Shown here piece after piece: positions 53,579-64,000 of a stretch of DNA of 64,000 bases. The notes below the pieces were generated by a model, which saw only the letters and a list, made by a program, of their open reading frames with translations, was not told the origin of the DNA and did no database searches. Origin of the DNA: Eledone cirrhosa. Lineage: Eukaryota. The DNA lies in contig OZ024750.1 of NCBI GenBank assembly GCA_964016885.1, forward strand, positions 48,608,001-48,672,000, written 5' to 3'. The translations under genes and the position numbers were made by a program. How positions within the stretch are numbered: position 1 is the stretch's first letter; every line of letters begins with the position of its first letter.

Positions 53579-53616
53579 GCCGACAATGTTTCGTCCTATT
53601 AAGGACTCATCAGGGC
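53579..53616 (-). ncRNA. Minimal type I hammerhead (inverted copy)
   Basis: Exact reverse complement of 54093-54130. Confidence 0.8.
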
Positions 53617-54092
53617 AATCAAAACAACAAGAGGTAATTTCGGCAGATACAAGCCAGAAACTCCGAAGAATATGGAGTTTACATACACTAATGTCTTACA
53701 AAGATATACGATAATAAAAATGAAGATAAAAATAATAAAATTATAATAACTAAGGATGTAGATAACATTAAGAACCATATTACAAATATAATCCAAAGTC
53801 ACCAACTTAAATCTAAACAAATTTGGTTATATAGAGCAGGAATTATATATAACACAGTACAATACATTATAATAATAATATATCTATACCAACATTAAAA
53901 TTCCAAATTAAAAATCAAAAGGTACAATATATACATGTATATATGTGAGCACACACACACACACACATATTACAATACACATATCTATTTTCTATTACAC
54001 ATAAATTAAGCCCTATTGGAAGTTTGAACATCAAAAATATCAAAAATAAGCATGGCTTGTATCTGCCGAAATTACCTCTTGTTGTTTTGATT

Positions 54093-54130
54093 GCCCTGAT
54101 GAGTCCTTAATAGGACGAAACATTGTCGGC
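54093..54130 (+). ncRNA. Minimal type I hammerhead
   Basis: GCC-CTGATGA-GTCC TTAATA GGAC-GAA-ACA T TGT-C-GGC. Confidence 0.8.
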
Positions 54131-54277
54131 TAATAAAAACTTTTGATGTATTAAAGGATTCTTTGTTTTACTCTCTGAATTTTTCGGCTCTGTTTAACTG
54201 CATTGAGCTATACCTTTTACTGTCATTTCTATAATACGATGAGGGTGTTTGACTCAAACACGCTCCAGTATTCTAAT

Positions 54278-54352
<75 letters not shown>

Positions 54353-54399
54353 AATTTATATATATATATATATATAGTAATAATAGTAATAATAATAAA

Positions 54400-57485
<3,086 letters not shown>

Positions 57486-57669
57486 AATATATATATATAT
57501 ATATATACATATAGTGGTAGACCAGTTGAAGTTAATATCCCTATTGGTAGAGCAGTCCACCAGACGAGGTAAGGAAGAAGTGTTTACACAACAGTTAGTT
57601 GAGCATTCCGAGAACAATTATAGTTAAACAATTGTTCTGGGTATGGTTAAATACCGTTGTATGACAACA

Positions 57670-57709
<40 letters not shown>

Positions 57710-57747
57710 TAAATGTGAGATCAAAAGATGGTTAAAAGAGATCCAAG

Positions 57748-57818
57748 TATTTTATTATGCGCATTTCAAAAACAAAAATCATCATGAGATGATATCTGCG
57801 TTTTCATCAGTTAAAATA
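57748..57818 (-). ncRNA. Type I hammerhead (family A, copy 2)
   Basis: Minus strand: TATTTTAA-CTGATGA-AAACGCAGATATCA...TGATTTTTGTTTTT-GAA-ATGCGCAT-A-ATAAAATA; flanks homologous to 8292-8435. Confidence 0.65.
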
Positions 57819-57871
57819 GGGATACATGATATGAATGTTAAAAAACACTTGTGAATAGTGAAGTTTTAAAT

Positions 57872-57918
<47 letters not shown>

Positions 57919-57921
57919 AGT

Positions 57922-59120
57922 CTAGGGCGGGTAAAATACCAGAGATCCATGGACGAGTTCGCTACAGCGGTCTCTGTCCCTCATTATCGCTTCCATGTCC
58001 TGCGTCTCCAACAGACCAGTGTCTCTCCTTAGGGCATCAATATACGTTAACCTTGGTCTTCCTCTTCCAGTGTGTCCATGTAGGGGCTCCCACAGGAGCA
58101 CTGAGTGCAATATGAACTCTGGATGTCGGTGAGCATTTCCAGCTAACCTCAGTCTCCTCTGTGTCACCTTCGAGCTGACTTTTGGGAGGCTCCAATACAG
58201 CTCTGAGCTTTTTATCCTCAGTGTATACTGATTAATATTCAGAGTCATCCTCTGCATACTCGTGTAGCACTCATCCACCATCTGATTGAGTTTCTTGGTC
58301 ATTGTCCAAGTCTCAGACCCGTACAGCCGCACAGACTCCACTACAGCAATGAAGAGGCGGATTTTAGGTCTTTACGAAGGTCCGACTTCCACACCGATCT
58401 CAAGCTGTGGCACGCCGCCCAGGCTTTGCTCTTCCTCTCAACCACATCATCTTCCGCATTCCCAATATTTGCTCCCATATACAGGAAGCCCTCAAACATT
58501 TCTACCGGCTTCCCGCCTACATTAGTGATCCCATCCGGCTTCTCAACATTCTCTACCAGATATTTTGTTTTAGTCTCATTCATAATTCTCAGCCTTCACA
58601 CTCATCGACACAGTCCCAACCTCCCGCATCATATCCCCTGCCTCCTCCAATGTATTTGTCACCAAAACTATGTCGTCGGCAAATTCAGCATCTGATACCT
58701 TTTTCGCCTTAATTCTCCTGCTCTGAGCCGGTGCTACAGTAAAGACAGAGTCCTGGTGTTTCTCCAGTGCAAGCGTATACAATAGTCCACTACGATGATA
58801 AAAAGGTAGGGAGCCAATGTATTTCCCTGGAGCACTCCAGCCAGTAACTCAAAGAACTCTGTCATCCCATCAGGTGTAACGACTTGGGCTTTGCTGTTGG
58901 TGTAGAACAGTGATATCAGGTCCACTATACTCTTGGGGATTCCATAAGCCTGTAAGATCTTCATCAGGTAGTTACGGTCCACGGAATCAAAGGCCTTCCT
59001 AAAGTCAATGAAAATCATGACCCCAGGGAGGCACATTGGTCTATCTCCTTCGATGCGACTGGTGGTTGATCTACCCTCTCTGAAGCCGTTCTGGGTGTCC
59101 CTGAGCTTCTTCTCCATCTC
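57922..59120 (-). mobile_element. RTE-like LINE, 5'-truncated, in (TA)n
   Basis: [56 protein letters not shown]. Confidence 0.85.
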
Positions 59121-59130
59121 ATGATTTATA

Positions 59131-59195
<65 letters not shown>

Positions 59196-59209
59196 CATAT
59201 GTATATATG

Positions 59210-59293
<84 letters not shown>

Positions 59294-59355
59294 TAACCAA
59301 AGTAAAAGTTACGGGCGAACGAGGGCAATATCCATCGTCAGTTGTCTCCCTCTCC

Positions 59356-59478
<123 letters not shown>

Positions 59479-61301
59479 CTTTAGCGATTGTAACATCCAG
59501 TCACTCTAAGTTCACATAAGTGAACACCCGATGCGTAGTTTCTATAAGGTATATTGACGTTGTACTAATCAATGTTTAATACTATTAAACGATAAAAAGG
59601 ACAAGGTGTTAGATCTTTATTACAATTACTGAGGTGTGGCTCACATATCACGATTCATTAGTTCAAGGCTCTATCCGTATCGAGCTGGCTTGACACTAGA
59701 ATCAGTAGATCGTCGGACTTCTGTTATACTAATGGCAGAATGATTCTCTTACAACTTCGAAAAAATAATGTCTTCCCATTGAATTGCCCTATTAGTGTTC
59801 TATGTAAATATTTTCCCTAATACAATCCATAATAAATGATTCTATATATATATATTCAAATTGGAGTACTTTATATACGCTAATTATTTTACATTGGTTA
59901 GTATCTGTTTGCGTTTGAATTTACTGTTAATATAGAAGATTAATCAGTTTGAGTTGTATTTTAGTTTTGAGTTCTACCTCGGTCTAGGAAGATAGATATA
60001 CCGAATTAGTCGGAAACTGATCGGTTTTCTACGGATGAAATTACCTAGGTACGTAAACCTATGGATTGCAGGCAGAGTAAGAGACAAAACGTGATCTAAA
60101 CATTGGTCATTTTGTAAACTAATTGTGAGCAATTAAGTCATAGATAACATGTTCAGTCTAAAAATCTTTCTTCTGATAGCGACAATGAAATCCCTACAAT
60201 CTACACCTGACTGACTTTGAATATACTTGTTGGATCCCACAAGACGCTTCTAAAAATTGCGTAGGTATAGTGACCTCATAACGAGGGGCCTATTAACTAA
60301 TTTGTTGCTCTATAACCGAAGACGTTGTGAGTGTTTTTCTGGTGTTGGTTTTACTGTTAGAAATCACGTCGTAAAGCAATACGTTCTTCTATTTATTTAT
60401 GTCTAATTGCATTAGATATTTATTCACATAAATGATACATTACAATCGTATTTCCCTATACCCCAAGGATATCTGTCATTCAACCGATGAATAATACTTT
60501 TCATCATCTATTTTGGGAGATATTTCAACGAAACCTCAACAGGTTTGACCTAATTCTAAATATATTGAACATTCTGTCTGAACCGTGCCACAATCTGATC
60601 AAATGTCACGTGCGCAAAGATGAGAGTGATCCATATATCTGACACTCTACAAGCAACAGTTATTGTCTTACAGGATTTTACAATGTTCATTTGATATAAT
60701 GTATCGTTCCCTGGGAACTCCTCACTCAGAACATTGACATGGAAGCCACATCATCATAAAAAAACATTTTACAATATGATTGAATATACATTTAAGTAAA
60801 CCGGTATCGAAAACGTTTCACAGAGTAATATAATCCATGTACCCTCAGGGCTTCAATAAATGCCTCCCACCACGCCCCTCACTTATTCATTTTTCAGATT
60901 TTTTCCATCCGCTTTTATTACAACCCCCTCCTCCACGCTTATTAAATGTTGGTAATCTATCACCGGAGAAATTTCATTGTAAGTCATTACTGATACAGCA
61001 GCTGGAGAATCTAATAATTATTCTATTTTACATTTAAGAAAAAAAACAACATATATATGACCAAAAAGGAACATTACAAGTAATCCCATATTTACAAACA
61101 TACAATGTACAATTACCGATTCCCAAACCCTGTTTAATCCGAACAAAGCCCTCCATTTCTTATTCCAACACCCGAGAGTAATTGAGAATGAATGTGAACT
61201 TCTAAGGGACACAATTTATTAAAAATAAACCTGTTAAGACATTATGTTATTTGAAGCAACCAGTGTATTATAACAGAAATAACGGTACACACAGGCACGC
61301 T

Positions 61302-61429
<128 letters not shown>

Positions 61430-61785
61430 TGCACAAATATGCACACAAACAAACACTCTCACACATGCACAAACACACATTTATATGTATAGCCTTAAAT
61501 AGAGAGGATACGTATAGATATTTCCATAAATTTGCTGAAGATTTACACTCAATATTTGTACATATTTCCAATAATATCTGCATTAACAGCGAAATAAAGA
61601 TTCCTGCATCATTTCTTCTATATAAAAAGGTTGGTAGGCCTAAGAAAATATACTTTAGGATGCTACTTCATGGCAAATACGTATTTGATGGAGACGTACA
61701 CTTTTTATATAAATAGTAGAATAATTGGTTAACTGAGATTTGGTTAGCAATTAGAAGACGAAACCCTCCGTTTTGTCGTTTATTG

Positions 61786-61925
61786 GTGGCTTGACAGTAT
61801 CGGTAGAGCCTCAGACACTATGCTTTGCAAAATAGAGTTATGCACCTTTACGTTCTGAGTTCAAATCCCACTGAGGCTAACTTTGCCTTTCATCATTACT
61901 GGCCTTGTCTCAAAATTAGAAACAA
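61786..61925 (+). mobile_element. SINE copy with internal deletion
   Basis: Head, B-box and tail present; central part missing. Confidence 0.7.
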
Positions 61926-62396
61926 CTATGTAAAATAAGCCAAATAGACAAAGGACATAACTTCAACAATATTTTCCTGTTTTCATGTAGGACGTAATGC
62001 GGTTACAAGTGGTTTTTATATTGTAATGCTTAAATAATGACTTTCTGTCTTCTTGGATCTCATTGTAGAAGTATATTCACCACAAGTGGCCACACATTCA
62101 AGTGATCTATATATATAGAGAGAGGGAGAGCGAAAAGGTGGTGGGGCATAGGGAAGCTGCTTAGATGTATTGACAATAAGAATCAAGGAATATAGCCTAG
62201 AGGAGCGATTGTTATATTATGTGCATATATAATTTAATTTTAGATATGTTATTTAAAATACATTATTTAGTTATTTAATAACGATTAACCTTACAATTAA
62301 AGAAAGCAAGGAGAATACATATTAGCTAATAATTATTTCTAATTCTTGTAAAAGCCTGGGAATACAACTCACTCCACTAAGCCGCTCACCTTTATA

Positions 62397-62534
62397 TAAT
62401 TGTTTCTACTTTAGGCACAAGGCTAGCAAATACTCAGTGCATTACTGGTACTTTATTTTATCGACCCCGTAAGGATGAAAAGCAAAGTGAACCTCGGCGG
62501 GTTTTGAACTCAGATCGTAAAGGGACGTAACTAT
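62397..62534 (-). mobile_element. SINE copy, 5'-truncated
   Basis: Same SINE family. Confidence 0.8.
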
Positions 62535-62731
62535 GACAAATATAAATGTGTTAAAAATGAAATATATTGGTCTGAAAAGTAAAATGTTAGACACATTAAT
62601 GGATATGCAAATATTGAAACTTCCGTAATTTTTGGATGCGAGGGAAGATAACAATATAAAGTATAGTTATGCATTTACATCAGTTTTGAGTTGGATTATT
62701 ATAATCACCAAGCCTTATTTATATATATATG

Positions 62732-62800
<69 letters not shown>

Positions 62801-64000
62801 GAACATGATGTTTTAATGATATTCTACTGTATGGTAATTAACAATATTTATTTCTGTACATCATGATGTTTTTCTTTACACCAGGAAGTATTAAAATATG
62901 CAAAATAATGTAATAAAACTGATACTTAACGACATATCTCTGTCGTCTTCTACATGAATTATCTATGCCATAGTTATCATGGTTCTGTATTGCACATTTA
63001 ATATAAGCTTTTAGTGTAAATAGAATGAAAAATCGTTTCTCTATATAATTTAACATTTTACTAAATTGTTTCGGTAACCATTATAAATGCTTTCAGTTCA
63101 CATCATTTAGGAGTGTTATTTCCTTACGGGGAAATTATAAACATTGTATACTAAGATCACTGAATATCCACCCATCAATATATATTGATGTCGGCATATT
63201 ATAGACATATGTAATATATTTATCAATAGAGTTTATATTAAGTATCGATACACATATTTGTAGTTAAAATGTATTTTATATACAAAAGAACAACGGACAT
63301 TGACTCGGAGAATTTAATCAATATATGTTTATCATATTTTTATTCATATTGACTTCGTAAGTCTGTCCAATATGCGACTTATTCAGACAATGTGAATGAG
63401 TCACATACCATACCATGTGTAACATAATGGTACTACGTCATTAAGTATTTAAATGCATTAACACCATATATATGAATTGTTTCTCATTGTGAGTGGGTGG
63501 TATATCTCGCATTTCTTCAAGTATTTCTGTGTTTTTTATTGCTTGGTTTCTTTCTAAATACTGCTGAATAAAGCAAAATCAATTGCTTATGCAATGGGGA
63601 CTCACTTTTTGATGGATGATTTTTAAACATAACATATTTTAGTGAAATATTATAGTTTTCTTGAAGTATTGTAAATAATATACAACTTTGAAAGAGATAG
63701 AAGCCTAAACAATACAAAATGGACTGTAAGATGACGTATCGAAAAGTAAAAGTTACCTGGTAATCTTTTTTTGTTGTTGTTGTTGTTCTTCTTCTTCTTT
63801 TATCATTTCAAATTGATTTCGTGAAATATTATATTGGCAATTTAGTATATTGTTCATTCACGTGGAAAGCCAAGAAACTATCGAAAAACGCTTGAAAACG
63901 ACTTACAAAAAATGTAAATCGAAATCAAAATGTTATCCCAAAGACAGGAAAGTGGAACGTTATCCACTAAAGGTTCCTTAAACCCTGATGAAGGGACCTT

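Noticed and set aside
63981-64000. CTGATGA-AGG GA CCTT, possible hammerhead start
   Set aside because: Cut off by the window end; GAAA and stems I/III cannot be seen

Overview
AT-rich eukaryotic (animal) non-genic DNA made almost entirely of retroelements and microsatellites. The tRNA-derived SINEs and the dense (TA)n/(AAT)n tracts suggest a cephalopod such as Octopus (inference). I found no host protein-coding gene. Recognisable elements: five Penelope-like elements (PLEs; two Naiad-type, one Neptune-like with inverted pLTRs), a GC-rich CRE-clade LINE, three R4/Dong-like RLE LINEs, a near full-length L1/Tx1 element, RTE fragments, about 13 copies of one SINE, MITE-like and fold-back repeats. 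The main hidden signal is about 15 type I hammerhead ribozyme (HHR) motifs from roughly 10 unrelated sequence families, folded by eye. Most lie in non-coding units embedded in (TA)n, and several occur as 317, 441 or 591 bp tandem or terminally redundant monomers (retrozyme-like). Two unrelated families have a compensatory U3:A8 core (UUGAUAA instead of CUGANGA). The dominant SINE also shares its 3' terminal motif with the Tx1 LINE, suggesting a SINE/Tx1 partnership. Element boundaries are approximate and all RNA folds are manual.
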